A DNA stretch of 26,788 nt, taken from a virus. Lineage: Duplodnaviria > Caudoviricetes. Of the stretch, positions 9,001 through 17,901 are shown piece by piece (the stretch's first letter is position 1; each line of letters starts with the position of its first letter). Position numbers and translations under genes: made by a program. Location of the stretch: IMG/VR virus record IMGVR_UViG_3300014202_000240, positions 1-26,788 of that record; one strand, written 5' to 3'. Under the pieces are notes generated by a model, which made no database searches, was not told the origin of the DNA, and saw nothing but the letters and a program-made list of their open reading frames with translations.

Positions 9001-9996
9001 TTATACTCCGAAAAAGTTTTTATAGTTGACAGTTTGCTTTGGAGCCTCTTCTTTTCTACCAGAAGATACATCTTTTACTGATGATTTAGGTGACGGAGCT
9101 GGTTTTTGAGCTGGTTTGTTCTTAGCCAAACGACTTTTTCTCAAACTATTAAGAACCTCTTCACCTAGAAACTTTTCTAGCTCTTCTGCTGGCATAGATT
9201 TAACGATTTTATCTAAATCTCCACGCATTTCGTTCATAACGATCTCAGCAATTACTTCCATATCAGGTTGTTCTCCAGTTTTAACCGAAGCTGCCATGTA
9301 TTCTGCCATCTTTTTAACTGCATATGGAGTATTTGGAATACTATACTGATCTAAAGCATCAACCATCATACTATTATAACGTTCATATTCACGTTCTAGG
9401 ATAGCTTCACGTTCAGATTGTTCTCTTTCTTCACGTTCTAGTCGTCTTTCTTCCTCTAATTCACGTAATCTAGCCTCTAAACGCTCTTTTTCGATCTGTT
9501 CGGGTGACTTTTGTGCATTTTCAAGCTCTTCTTCTAAGATTTCAGCAGCTAGTTTCTTAATATCTACACCAAAATCAGGGTTTGATAGTGCTTTTTTAGG
9601 ATTTGAACGTAATTCTTGAAAGAAAGCAGATACTTCTCTTTCTAATTGAGCTTGTTCTTGAGCTTTTACCTGAGAAAGCTTAGACATTTGTAAGTGTCTG
9701 CGCATATATTCTTCAGCATCTTCAGGAAGATCAAAAGGAAGCTTCTCTACGTACTCTTTTCCGTTAAATTTAAGCTTTAGTTCTCTTAATTGTTTCTTTA
9801 CTTGCGTTTTTTCTTGTTTTGAAAGGGTAGGGTCAGCGTCAATGTCTGATTCAGAAGGTAATTCATCTCCAGAACCATCAATATCACTAGAATCTTCGTT
9901 AATAATACCTTCGTCTGAAGAGATTCCTGATGTATCAGAAGCAGATGCTCCCGAGTCTCCACTAAATTCATTCATTAATAATACAGGTTTAAACAT
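9001..9996 (-). CDS. Capsid scaffolding protein
   Basis: Acidic disordered N-terminus, LKLKFNGKE motif, long coiled coil, basic/Pro-rich tail; directly upstream of capsid. Confidence 0.75.
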   Translation of the reverse strand: MFKPVLLMNEFSGDSGASASDTSGISSDEGIINEDSSDIDGSGDELPSESDIDADPTLSKQEKTQVKKQLRELKLKFNGKEYVEKLPFDLPEDAEEYMRRHLQMSKLSQVKAQEQAQLEREVSAFFQELRSNPKKALSNPDFGVDIKKLAAEILEEELENAQKSPEQIEKERLEARLRELEEERRLEREEREQSEREAILEREYERYNSMMVDALDQYSIPNTPYAVKKMAEYMAASVKTGEQPDMEVIAEIVMNEMRGDLDKIVKSMPAEELEKFLGEEVLNSLRKSRLAKNKPAQKPAPSPKSSVKDVSSGRKEEAPKQTVNYKNFFGV

Positions 9997-10066
9997 ATAT
10001 ATCCTTTTTTCGTCCCAAAGGGATAGAAATCAAGTTAACCGCCCGAAATTGGGTAGGTTTATATAA

Positions 10067-10077
10067 CTAGTTGTTAA
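10067..10077 (-). promoter_or_regulatory. TTAACAACTAG motif, putative late promoter for scaffold
   Basis: Overlaps the end of ORF 10067-10285. Confidence 0.6.
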
Positions 10078-10285
10078 AATATTTACTAATCTTCTCTTTA
10101 ATAGTTGAATTTATTAAAACTTTATTATCTTGGTAAACAAAATGACCTAAAGTTAAGTTACAGACCACAGATAAAAATAATAAAATACGATTTAATCGCA
10201 ACTTTTTACGAATATCTGTTACTCTTTTCTGTTTCATTTCTCTTTTTTCTTTAATTCTACGATCTCTAAATCTAACTGTCGCCAT
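10067..10285 (-). CDS. Small single-pass membrane protein
   Basis: Basic N-terminus, then hydrophobic ILLFLSVVCNLTLGHFVY. Confidence 0.6.
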   Translation of the reverse strand: MATVRFRDRRIKEKREMKQKRVTDIRKKLRLNRILLFLSVVCNLTLGHFVYQDNKVLINSTIKEKISKYFNN

Positions 10286-10745
10286 ATTTCACCCAATTTT
10301 CAAAAGCTTTTAATGAATATTTTATGTGTATCATATCAATACCTAGTATTTTCATTATTTCATATGACAATTCAGTACAGATAAACGACTTAGCCCCATC
10401 TTCTATCAATAGCTCTATATTAAACGCAATACCTAATAAAGTTTTAAACCCATACTTTGTACGGCATTTTCTAATACACCATTCAATTACTTTGTTTTTA
10501 TCTTCTTCAGAACAATCTATACTTTTTTCATATAAAGAAACGTTTATTTTTTCCCAATTAGAAAGTTCCATGAATCCAACTTCTCCATAAGCTGCTTCAT
10601 ATACCATCCATAAGTTATATTTTTTTGAGTAAAACTTAATATATGTATGACTAGACTCTGTGCCTTGATGTAGTTTTATAGCTTCAGAAGTAAGTTTGAA
10701 TTTTATAGGTCTAGACATACCCACTATTATCATGAAGATTTCCAA
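10272..10745 (-). CDS. Permuted papain-like (NlpC/P60, YiiX-type) enzyme
   Basis: His precedes Cys: SHTYI...VYEA...KYG...FICTEL. Confidence 0.65.
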   Translation of the reverse strand: MEIFMIIVGMSRPIKFKLTSEAIKLHQGTESSHTYIKFYSKKYNLWMVYEAAYGEVGFMELSNWEKINVSLYEKSIDCSEEDKNKVIEWCIRKCRTKYGFKTLLGIAFNIELLIEDGAKSFICTELSYEIMKILGIDMIHIKYSLKAFENWVKYGDS

Positions 10746-11356
10746 TGTAGATATAAATTACATTTTATTAAAGTATCTAATTGTGTGCTGTTTGTATATT
10801 TTAATCTTACGTATAGTCCGCTCATTATTTTAGCAGGGTAATCTAATTTTACTTCTAGGTTTCCGCTTGTTGGTACATAGTAATCAGTTATAAACTCATC
10901 AAGTACTACATTTTCACCAAATCCTAACACATTCTCAACATCAACCACTTGAAATGTAAGCTTGTCGTTACTCCCAATGTTACTAACTAGAAGTCTACCT
11001 CCATTTATATATCGTTCATTGACTAGTTTATAATCTATATCTGTAGTACTTTCAGCCAATGCTGTTCCTGTGAAACTTGTTCCTCTAAATCTAAAACCAG
11101 CAGCGTCGCTAAATGGGTAATTAGAGACAATGATCTTACCATTTACATCATAACTTCCAGTTAGATTTAATCTACCAGAGTAAGTACTTTCATAGTTAGA
11201 ATAATCATCTGTATTTTTTTGTAATATACAATCGAATCTAATTCCCTGTACGATAGTGAATAAATATATAAAATCAGAATCTTCTTTTACTGAAAACAAA
11301 GGAGGCTTAACTGTATCTAGAAGTATTTTTAACTCAGACCATTTTAAACTGTCCAT
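10730..11356 (-). CDS. Hypothetical, probably virion-associated protein
   Basis: 208 aa, beta-rich C-terminal half, coupled to its neighbours. Confidence 0.6.
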   Translation of the reverse strand: MDSLKWSELKILLDTVKPPLFSVKEDSDFIYLFTIVQGIRFDCILQKNTDDYSNYESTYSGRLNLTGSYDVNGKIIVSNYPFSDAAGFRFRGTSFTGTALAESTTDIDYKLVNERYINGGRLLVSNIGSNDKLTFQVVDVENVLGFGENVVLDEFITDYYVPTSGNLEVKLDYPAKIMSGLYVRLKYTNSTQLDTLIKCNLYLHWKSS

Positions 11357-11357
11357 T

Positions 11358-12644
11358 TCAATACTCCTCTAATTGTACTGTACATTGACCTGTTATGTTA
11401 CCGGAAAAAGACCGCATAACTATAGCTACTATATCTTTAGTCCCGTCAATAGACTCTCCTAGAATTTTACTCACTTCATCTGCAATATCTTCTAGTGATA
11501 TAGGAGAGTTACCTCTTACTATTTTAGAAGCTAATAAAGTACCACCAGAATAGTCTGCATCTATCGTGTACTCCGAAGCACTACCTGAGTTTGTCCATGT
11601 ATCATTAGTTAAAGTAGGATTTAGTATAACGTTTATGTAGGCGGTGTTATTACCTCCTATAAAAGCATCAGCGTTTACGAAAGCTATGTTTCTAGTAGGT
11701 GTTGTGCTTCTGACTCTAAAGCCTAGTAGTAGAATATCATTACCAGTTCTACCGCCTATACCATTATTTAAACCTACAGGTATGCCTTCTAAATTGTTAT
11801 CATTATATACAGATAAACTAGTGCATATATGTTTTATAGTAGTTCCAGCAGAGGTTCCTGTATTTTCTAATTCAATACGAAAAGGTAATGTGGGGTTAGC
11901 CATAAAACTAGTAGTTAGTCCATCGGTTGCTCCAAAGAATTTACGGTCAACAGCAACTACTTTCTCTCTTCCGTCTAAGAAAGACATCTTAACGTATCCA
12001 GCTCCTTGCCATAAAAATTCAAATATAACAAACACGGTTTTAGTGAAGTCTATAGCTTTACCACTAGGGCCTGTACCGTCTAAAGGGTCTGTCCATTGAT
12101 CTCTAGATAAACTTACTAAGTTAGCAGGAGTTCCTGAAGAAGATGTTCTTATTACAAAGTTAAAAGTATCTCCGTTAACTTCTAAAAACATTCCATCATT
12201 TACATCAAAATAACCTACTCTTTTACGTATATTAGTTTGAGTACCATTTAAATTAACTGTCATAGATGCATGTACTGCTCGACCGGGATAGTATCTAAAT
12301 CTAGTACGAGTTTGTCTATACACATAAGCACCTGAAGTTGTTGGTACTGTGATATCAGCAACTTTATGCGTTGTATTAAAACTAGAACTACCTCCGTTAG
12401 AAGTAGATTCGCTCCATATTCTAGTACCTATATCTGACTTGTAGAAATGTTCAAATACTGTTATAGGAAAAGTAAAGGTGGGTAAGTTAGTACCTACTAA
12501 AGTTCCGTCATCTTGAAATGATATCTTATTGTATTGATTTCCGTGTTGGTCTACTTTAGCTTTGTTATCGGGAGAATCTTTATCTCCAAGAGTTACTTCG
12601 TTTCTATCAAAATCATCGGTTTTATTAACGTCATATAAAGCCAT
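11358..12644 (-). CDS. Putative virion protein with lectin/jelly-roll-like domain
   Basis: RQTxxRFRYYPG, GYFDxNDGMF, WxDPLDGTGPSG, FxWxGAGxV, PTLPFRIE motifs typical of phage structural proteins. Confidence 0.6.
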   Translation of the reverse strand: MALYDVNKTDDFDRNEVTLGDKDSPDNKAKVDQHGNQYNKISFQDDGTLVGTNLPTFTFPITVFEHFYKSDIGTRIWSESTSNGGSSSFNTTHKVADITVPTTSGAYVYRQTRTRFRYYPGRAVHASMTVNLNGTQTNIRKRVGYFDVNDGMFLEVNGDTFNFVIRTSSSGTPANLVSLSRDQWTDPLDGTGPSGKAIDFTKTVFVIFEFLWQGAGYVKMSFLDGREKVVAVDRKFFGATDGLTTSFMANPTLPFRIELENTGTSAGTTIKHICTSLSVYNDNNLEGIPVGLNNGIGGRTGNDILLLGFRVRSTTPTRNIAFVNADAFIGGNNTAYINVILNPTLTNDTWTNSGSASEYTIDADYSGGTLLASKIVRGNSPISLEDIADEVSKILGESIDGTKDIVAIVMRSFSGNITGQCTVQLEEY

Positions 12645-12862
12645 TACTTTTTCCTTGATGATTTTTTAGACTGTTCCTCTGCATTAGGAATTAAGACAGG
12701 GGAATTTAACCCCTGTTTAATTTTATCTTCTAATTTCTTTAAAGCAATAAAAGTATTATGTATTTCTATGATTGCATTACCATCTAGATCATTCCACTTA
12801 GCTTTAGATAAAGCATTAAATGTTTTTGTTAAAGTGTCTAAATCTTTCTTATCATAGACCAT
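12644..12862 (-). CDS. Hypothetical protein
   Basis: SD GAGG; TAATG coupling to the next gene. Confidence 0.65.
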   Translation of the reverse strand: MVYDKKDLDTLTKTFNALSKAKWNDLDGNAIIEIHNTFIALKKLEDKIKQGLNSPVLIPNAEEQSKKSSRKK

Positions 12863-12877
12863 AAATCCTCTTTTATC

Positions 12878-13888
12878 TTATGCAATTTCAACAACTCGTA
12901 TATCTTGCGAACCTGATTCGGAAATAGAATAAATATCTAAGTCTTCACCAAATGGCATTTCTAAAAAACCACCAGCAGAAATACGTAATCCATTTAAAAT
13001 AGATACTGTATTATCAAATCCAATAAAAATAGATTTATTACCTAAGTTTTGAATCATAATTCTTTTACGACCTAACAAAGGAGATGAAGCTACTTCAGAG
13101 GCAGTATCTGTTATGGTAGCTGCTGATGTTTTAAATCCTACGTTAGGTGCATCGTTTACATAAACTCTTCTATACATATCAGAAATTACATTTGCTTTAT
13201 CACCAGAAGCAGAGATAGCAGTTAAAGCTCCATCTACAGCACGAGAACCAACTTTAAATGGATTCTCTGTATCAGCTTCGTCATCAGCTACATCAGATTC
13301 TAATCTAATATCAGCAAGAACTTCTAGTCTTCCTGAGTTAAAAGTAAACTGAGATGTTTGTGCTTCGATTGCCGCTAGAGTAGTTTCTGTTGCAAAATCT
13401 TTACCATCTAATGACGTTAATAACGTAGTTTGACTATCTAATTCAGTATTAACTGATTGTAGTTCAGTAATAATGGAACTTGTATCAACGTCAATAGCCG
13501 CTACTGAGGCTTCAATAGCATCTAAAGAAGTATTAGCAAGAACCATTTCAGCTTTAAGGTCTACATCATGAGTATAAAGTTCACCCAAACTATTAACCTT
13601 GAAAGAGGAGTAATCACCATCTGTTGAAGTTGAAGAAGCTAGTGTATCTTGTCTTACTGCTAAAATATGTTGACCTACGTCAGCATCAGAATGAGCAGAA
13701 TCTTCAGCAAATTCAGAATCTAATGCAACGTTAATTGTATTAATAACATTAACATCAAGACCTTCTTTACCACCAACATCAGTTGAAGTGATTTTTTCAC
13801 CAGCAGAACCGATTACATGTGCACCAACCTGATCTGAATTGTCCAAGTCAGTTTCATCAAAAACTAATTTATCTTTACTTAAAGCCAT
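12878..13888 (-). CDS. Putative head fibre/decoration protein (start revised to 13888)
   Basis: SD GGAGG before MALSKDK; acidic coiled stalk (DFATETTLAAI) and C-terminal RKRIMIQN..IFIGF domain. Confidence 0.6.
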   Translation of the reverse strand: MALSKDKLVFDETDLDNSDQVGAHVIGSAGEKITSTDVGGKEGLDVNVINTINVALDSEFAEDSAHSDADVGQHILAVRQDTLASSTSTDGDYSSFKVNSLGELYTHDVDLKAEMVLANTSLDAIEASVAAIDVDTSSIITELQSVNTELDSQTTLLTSLDGKDFATETTLAAIEAQTSQFTFNSGRLEVLADIRLESDVADDEADTENPFKVGSRAVDGALTAISASGDKANVISDMYRRVYVNDAPNVGFKTSAATITDTASEVASSPLLGRKRIMIQNLGNKSIFIGFDNTVSILNGLRISAGGFLEMPFGEDLDIYSISESGSQDIRVVEIA

Positions 13889-13923
13889 AAAATTACCCTC
13901 CATTTATGGTTATGTCCTAACAT

Positions 13924-13934
13924 ATAGTTGTTAA
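13924..13934 (-). promoter_or_regulatory. TTAACAACTAT motif, putative late promoter
   Basis: Overlaps the TAA of 13931-14428. Confidence 0.65.
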
Positions 13935-14428
13935 TTCCAAGACAGTATCTCCAGTATATCGGAGTCTTTAGACGATCTAAAATAGATACTACCATTAAAC
14001 AATATCTTATCCATAGTGAACGAGTTACCATATGGAATTGTTATAAAATTAACAGAAGTTCCTCCACTAATAAAGGACATTCTAATAGTACCGACCCTAG
14101 ACTTAATAAATATTTTCTTAGTATCTTCTGGAAATAAATAACTATATTCTAAAGTTTTATCACCCATCACTAAGTTCTCTACACTTGGAGATATAGAAAC
14201 TAATTCAGTATCAACGTTTATAGAACCATCTGGATTTACTATTAACTCAGAGCCAGTGTCTTTGTCAGCAATATGAACTCCGTCCTCAGACGGGTCTAGT
14301 ACTATATCAATATCTGCATTTACAATTGTAGCTTCTGAGTCGGTACGTAACCTTTGTGTTTCTTCATCAAACGCATGAGTTAATACCTGATTAGCATCCA
14401 ATTGTGAAACAGGTTTTAAAGGTGGCAT
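13931..14428 (-). CDS. Putative virion decoration protein
   Basis: LDANQVL N-terminal motif, VNPDGSINV, C-terminal beta domain resembling that of 12878-13888. Confidence 0.55.
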   Translation of the reverse strand: MPPLKPVSQLDANQVLTHAFDEETQRLRTDSEATIVNADIDIVLDPSEDGVHIADKDTGSELIVNPDGSINVDTELVSISPSVENLVMGDKTLEYSYLFPEDTKKIFIKSRVGTIRMSFISGGTSVNFITIPYGNSFTMDKILFNGSIYFRSSKDSDILEILSWN

Positions 14429-14442
14429 TTATTTATTACCTA

Positions 14443-14634
14443 TTATTTAATTTCTAAACCTTGTCTTTCTGCTAACTTTCTAATTCTTTCTTTTTTACTT
14501 TCATCATCTTCATTATTATATAAAGCTTGAAGACGCTCTTGCTCTTTATCCTCTTCGGGTTTTTCACCTTTAAGGGATGAGATTTGTTTAGCAGTCATAG
14601 CTCTACGAATAGGGCCAAATTTACTATCACTCAT
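14443..14634 (-). CDS. Small highly charged protein
   Basis: 63 aa, in operon context. Confidence 0.6.
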   Translation of the reverse strand: MSDSKFGPIRRAMTAKQISSLKGEKPEEDKEQERLQALYNNEDDESKKERIRKLAERQGLEIK

Positions 14635-14635
14635 A

Positions 14636-14815
14636 TTATTTACCTTGTTTTTTCAACATACTTTTAATTAAGTTAAAACGATCCTTTTTAGGCTCGTCTT
14701 CATCTTTATCAATAGCTGGACTTCTTTCTGCTTCTTTCTCATCTTCTTCCTTTGACTTTTTACCACCAAAGTTAATCTTGTCAGCAATCGAACCTTTTTT
14801 GTTGTATCCAAACAT
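14636..14815 (-). CDS. 59-aa charged protein, not in ORF track
   Basis: MFGYNKKGSIADKINFGGKKSKEEDEKEAERSPAIDKDEDEPKKDRFNLIKSMLKKQGK fills the gap exactly; purine-rich SD. Confidence 0.7.
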   Translation of the reverse strand: MFGYNKKGSIADKINFGGKKSKEEDEKEAERSPAIDKDEDEPKKDRFNLIKSMLKKQGK

Positions 14816-14830
14816 ATCATAACCCCTTTG

Positions 14831-15106
14831 TTATTTAGTGCCTATCTTTTTATTTTTTCCCCAAAGATTTTTACAAGACCAGTGTTTTGCGCTTAATTTA
14901 TCATCAGCTTCATCACAACCATGTCTAGCTCTGAAAGACTTTTTAGCTTCTGAAGAATAGTTATGTTTATAACCATCTGCACCATAATGGATCAGTTTCT
15001 CCTCTCCATTATCACAAGCTTTAACCATTTTCTTTTTCCCTTCTTTATTAGAAGGAACTGGTTTATTACATTTAAGTCTATCTTTTAATTTCTTAAATTT
15101 ACTCAT
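14831..15106 (-). CDS. Basic protein resembling the Tlr6F/DUF5754-like viral family
   Basis: KKKMV...KLIHYGADGY...KSFRARHGC...SAKHWSCKNLW pattern. Confidence 0.6.
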   Translation of the reverse strand: MSKFKKLKDRLKCNKPVPSNKEGKKKMVKACDNGEEKLIHYGADGYKHNYSSEAKKSFRARHGCDEADDKLSAKHWSCKNLWGKNKKIGTK

Positions 15107-17115
15107 TATCCCATTGTCCTTGGTTCTAGATTTGGATTAGGTAATAAACTTGGGTCTACGCTAGGTTGATCTGGTATAGATGCTTCTGCAGGAGCTTGAG
15201 GCCCCATGTTTTGTTGTCCTAGTACCTCACCAGTATTACCTTGTTCTAGACTTGCTTGTTGAGGGCCGGGAGGCATTTCGGGATTACCTTGTTGATCCAT
15301 AGGATTTAAAGGTTGTTCGTTAATTAATTGTAGTAGGTCTGGATTCACATTTCGAAGCATATCAATATGTTCTTGAATATGATTTTGTACTTTAGATAAA
15401 AGTTCTGGATTTTGTCTAAGTTCTGGATCACTAATTACCGCTCGGTGTTCCATGATATGCATTCTATGCTGATCTAGAATATTAGCAAATACATCTTTAC
15501 CTTCAAGTAACCATTCGTTTTCACGTTTGATTAATAGTAAGTCAGCCATATCACCTTCGAACATTGAATCTAATCTACCGGTCTCCATAACCATAAAATA
15601 TTGTTGTGGATTTTTAAGTAGGTTCATCTGAGCCAATTGTTGAGCCATTTCAACACGACCAGCAATTGTTCTAGATAATGGATTACCAACATCAACGACA
15701 ACTCGTTTAATGTCTTTAATCATATCACCTTTAAATTCTTTAAGAAGTGATTTTTTATTCTTTCCAACTAAAGTAATAAGCTTAGGAGTATCAGCAAAGT
15801 CTTTAAGAATTTCAATAAGAGTTGTTCCAATATTTTCTAAGAATGTAACATATGACTTTTGGAATCCGGATTGAAACTGTAGTGACATAGACTGTACTAA
15901 AGCTAATGCGTTTCCTGAACGTAAGGATGCTTCTGGATTACCTCTTGTTACAGAGTTTACACCAACTTGAGTTTCAGCTAATTGCTCTAAAACTTTAACA
16001 AAATTAAATACTTCTGGAGCAGTAGATGTTAATTGAACTGCCTCTGGTTTAGCGTTACCTTCCATGATATTCATACCACCTTCAACTGAAGCGATATTTA
16101 AATCAGAACCTCTAGGAACAAAAATACTTTGTACCATGAAAGCGTTTTGATTTGTCATAATACCAGAGTATAAAGAGTTTAATGCTTCTTGTAAAGGGAA
16201 TACATCAAACATATCAGTATATCCATAAGGAGTTCCCATGATATTAGCAGGAGCTAATCTAAATATAGGGATCGTTCTGTATGGAAGATCGAAATCTATT
16301 AGTATAATCTCTGGAGTAATAAACTGAATATATCTACCTTCTGGTAGAGCTTCTGACCTTTTATGATAGAATTCATAAACCATAATGTCATCAGTATCAT
16401 CGTTAGAAAACATTCCAAGTTTAGTACTTGAATAATTATTCTTTGGTTGAATTTGAGCTAACTTATCTGCATATTCTGGATACTTAGCAATTAGATTATA
16501 CTTATTAATTGCTGTTCTAGTTAGAATCCATTCATGATTCCATCTTTCTTTAGTGCCATCGACAACCACATCTAAAGGACTTAGAATAGAAAATTCTAAT
16601 TCTCCTTCATGATTTGGTTCATTTGTTTCTGGATCGTAATCGTAGATTTCTCCAGCAGTTGCATTCCATCCCATTTTAATATAAGACGAACCTAAAACAA
16701 TCGCCATTTCAACAGCTTCGTTTACTGCTTCTTCTAATCCCTTTTCTCTCATATAGTAATCAAGAATACCGTTAGCTAGGTATGTTTGAGACATTGATTT
16801 AAAGTCTGAATTGACAGCTCTAGCTTCCATAATAGGTCTATTCGCTGTAATCATATTGTAGATATTTCTAGCTAAGTTTCTGAAATGGTTAACTGGTAGT
16901 TTTACAAGTTCACCCTGTTCACCAGCAAAAGTAATTTGATGATCGCTATCTAGTCCATGGTTAAAGTTACCATAGTAGAAGTGATACATATCTGTAATCT
17001 TCTTTAAATACGAGTTTGATCTCATTGTATTAAAGAATGATTCACCTTTCTGTAGTAAATTAGATGTACATTTTTTAGCCTCTTGGGCTGCAAAGTAAAC
17101 TTGACTATCCGACAT
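15106..17115 (-). CDS. Portal protein
   Basis: 669 aa, downstream of terminase; GSSYIKMGW, PYG..DVFPLQEALN, GVNSVTRG; Pro/Gln-rich tail. Confidence 0.85.
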   Translation of the reverse strand: MSDSQVYFAAQEAKKCTSNLLQKGESFFNTMRSNSYLKKITDMYHFYYGNFNHGLDSDHQITFAGEQGELVKLPVNHFRNLARNIYNMITANRPIMEARAVNSDFKSMSQTYLANGILDYYMREKGLEEAVNEAVEMAIVLGSSYIKMGWNATAGEIYDYDPETNEPNHEGELEFSILSPLDVVVDGTKERWNHEWILTRTAINKYNLIAKYPEYADKLAQIQPKNNYSSTKLGMFSNDDTDDIMVYEFYHKRSEALPEGRYIQFITPEIILIDFDLPYRTIPIFRLAPANIMGTPYGYTDMFDVFPLQEALNSLYSGIMTNQNAFMVQSIFVPRGSDLNIASVEGGMNIMEGNAKPEAVQLTSTAPEVFNFVKVLEQLAETQVGVNSVTRGNPEASLRSGNALALVQSMSLQFQSGFQKSYVTFLENIGTTLIEILKDFADTPKLITLVGKNKKSLLKEFKGDMIKDIKRVVVDVGNPLSRTIAGRVEMAQQLAQMNLLKNPQQYFMVMETGRLDSMFEGDMADLLLIKRENEWLLEGKDVFANILDQHRMHIMEHRAVISDPELRQNPELLSKVQNHIQEHIDMLRNVNPDLLQLINEQPLNPMDQQGNPEMPPGPQQASLEQGNTGEVLGQQNMGPQAPAEASIPDQPSVDPSLLPNPNLEPRTMG

Positions 17116-17864
17116 TAGTATACCTCTAAAAATCTTTTTAAGTGTCTAAGTGGAACTAAGTAAGCATCGTCAACAACTCTAGTAGAGCCTGCAAATAAAA
17201 CACCAACAACATTTCCATATTTATTAATAACCGGACTTCCAGAGTTTCCTCCGTAGCTAGTTACAGAAGCTTGCATCGAATAATAAGATTCAACACAAAT
17301 TCCTTCTATATTATAAAATTCTTTTAAAAAATCATTACTTATCCAGTTACCCTTACATGTACTTTTATCATAACCAGATATTAATTCAATAACTTGATTA
17401 CCGATATACTCACCTTTCTTCACAACTAAAGGTCTTAGATTTGGATGTCCAACTAAAACAATATCTTCACCTACATCAACTGAAGAAGCAATATCTAATC
17501 CCTTTTTACCTACAATAGGTTCTACTAAACATAAATCATGATCTTCATATTTTTGGATAATTCTTCTTGGGATTGGTCTAGGAAGACTGGATGATGAAAC
17601 ATCGACGTATCCGTCTTTAGAGATTTCACAAACATGTCTATTTGTTACAATATACACAGTTCCTGATTTAGCTTTGACATGAAATCCAGTACCGCCATTT
17701 ACTCTACCACCGTTATCTTTACTAATCATAACAACTTGATCACCAGTACTATACCGATAATAAGCATCTTTCAGATTAGGAGCAGAAGCTACAAATCCAA
17801 AGACCACAATAGTTGCAGCGACAGTTTTTACTAATGATTTCAACTTTTTAGCTATCTTGGACAT
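17115..17864 (-). CDS. Trypsin-like (S1) serine protease with N-terminal hydrophobic anchor/signal
   Basis: Catalytic triad motifs TNRHVC, HDLC, GGNSGSP; GTGF; N-terminal VAATIVVFGFVA. Confidence 0.9.
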   Translation of the reverse strand: MSKIAKKLKSLVKTVAATIVVFGFVASAPNLKDAYYRYSTGDQVVMISKDNGGRVNGGTGFHVKAKSGTVYIVTNRHVCEISKDGYVDVSSSSLPRPIPRRIIQKYEDHDLCLVEPIVGKKGLDIASSVDVGEDIVLVGHPNLRPLVVKKGEYIGNQVIELISGYDKSTCKGNWISNDFLKEFYNIEGICVESYYSMQASVTSYGGNSGSPVINKYGNVVGVLFAGSTRVVDDAYLVPLRHLKRFLEVY

Positions 17865-17890
17865 GTGTACTCCCTAAACCCTTCCTGTGT

Positions 17891-17901
17891 ACAGTTGTTA
17901 A
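17891..17901 (-). promoter_or_regulatory. TTAACAACTGT motif, putative late promoter
   Basis: Immediately after the terminase stop codon. Confidence 0.65.
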
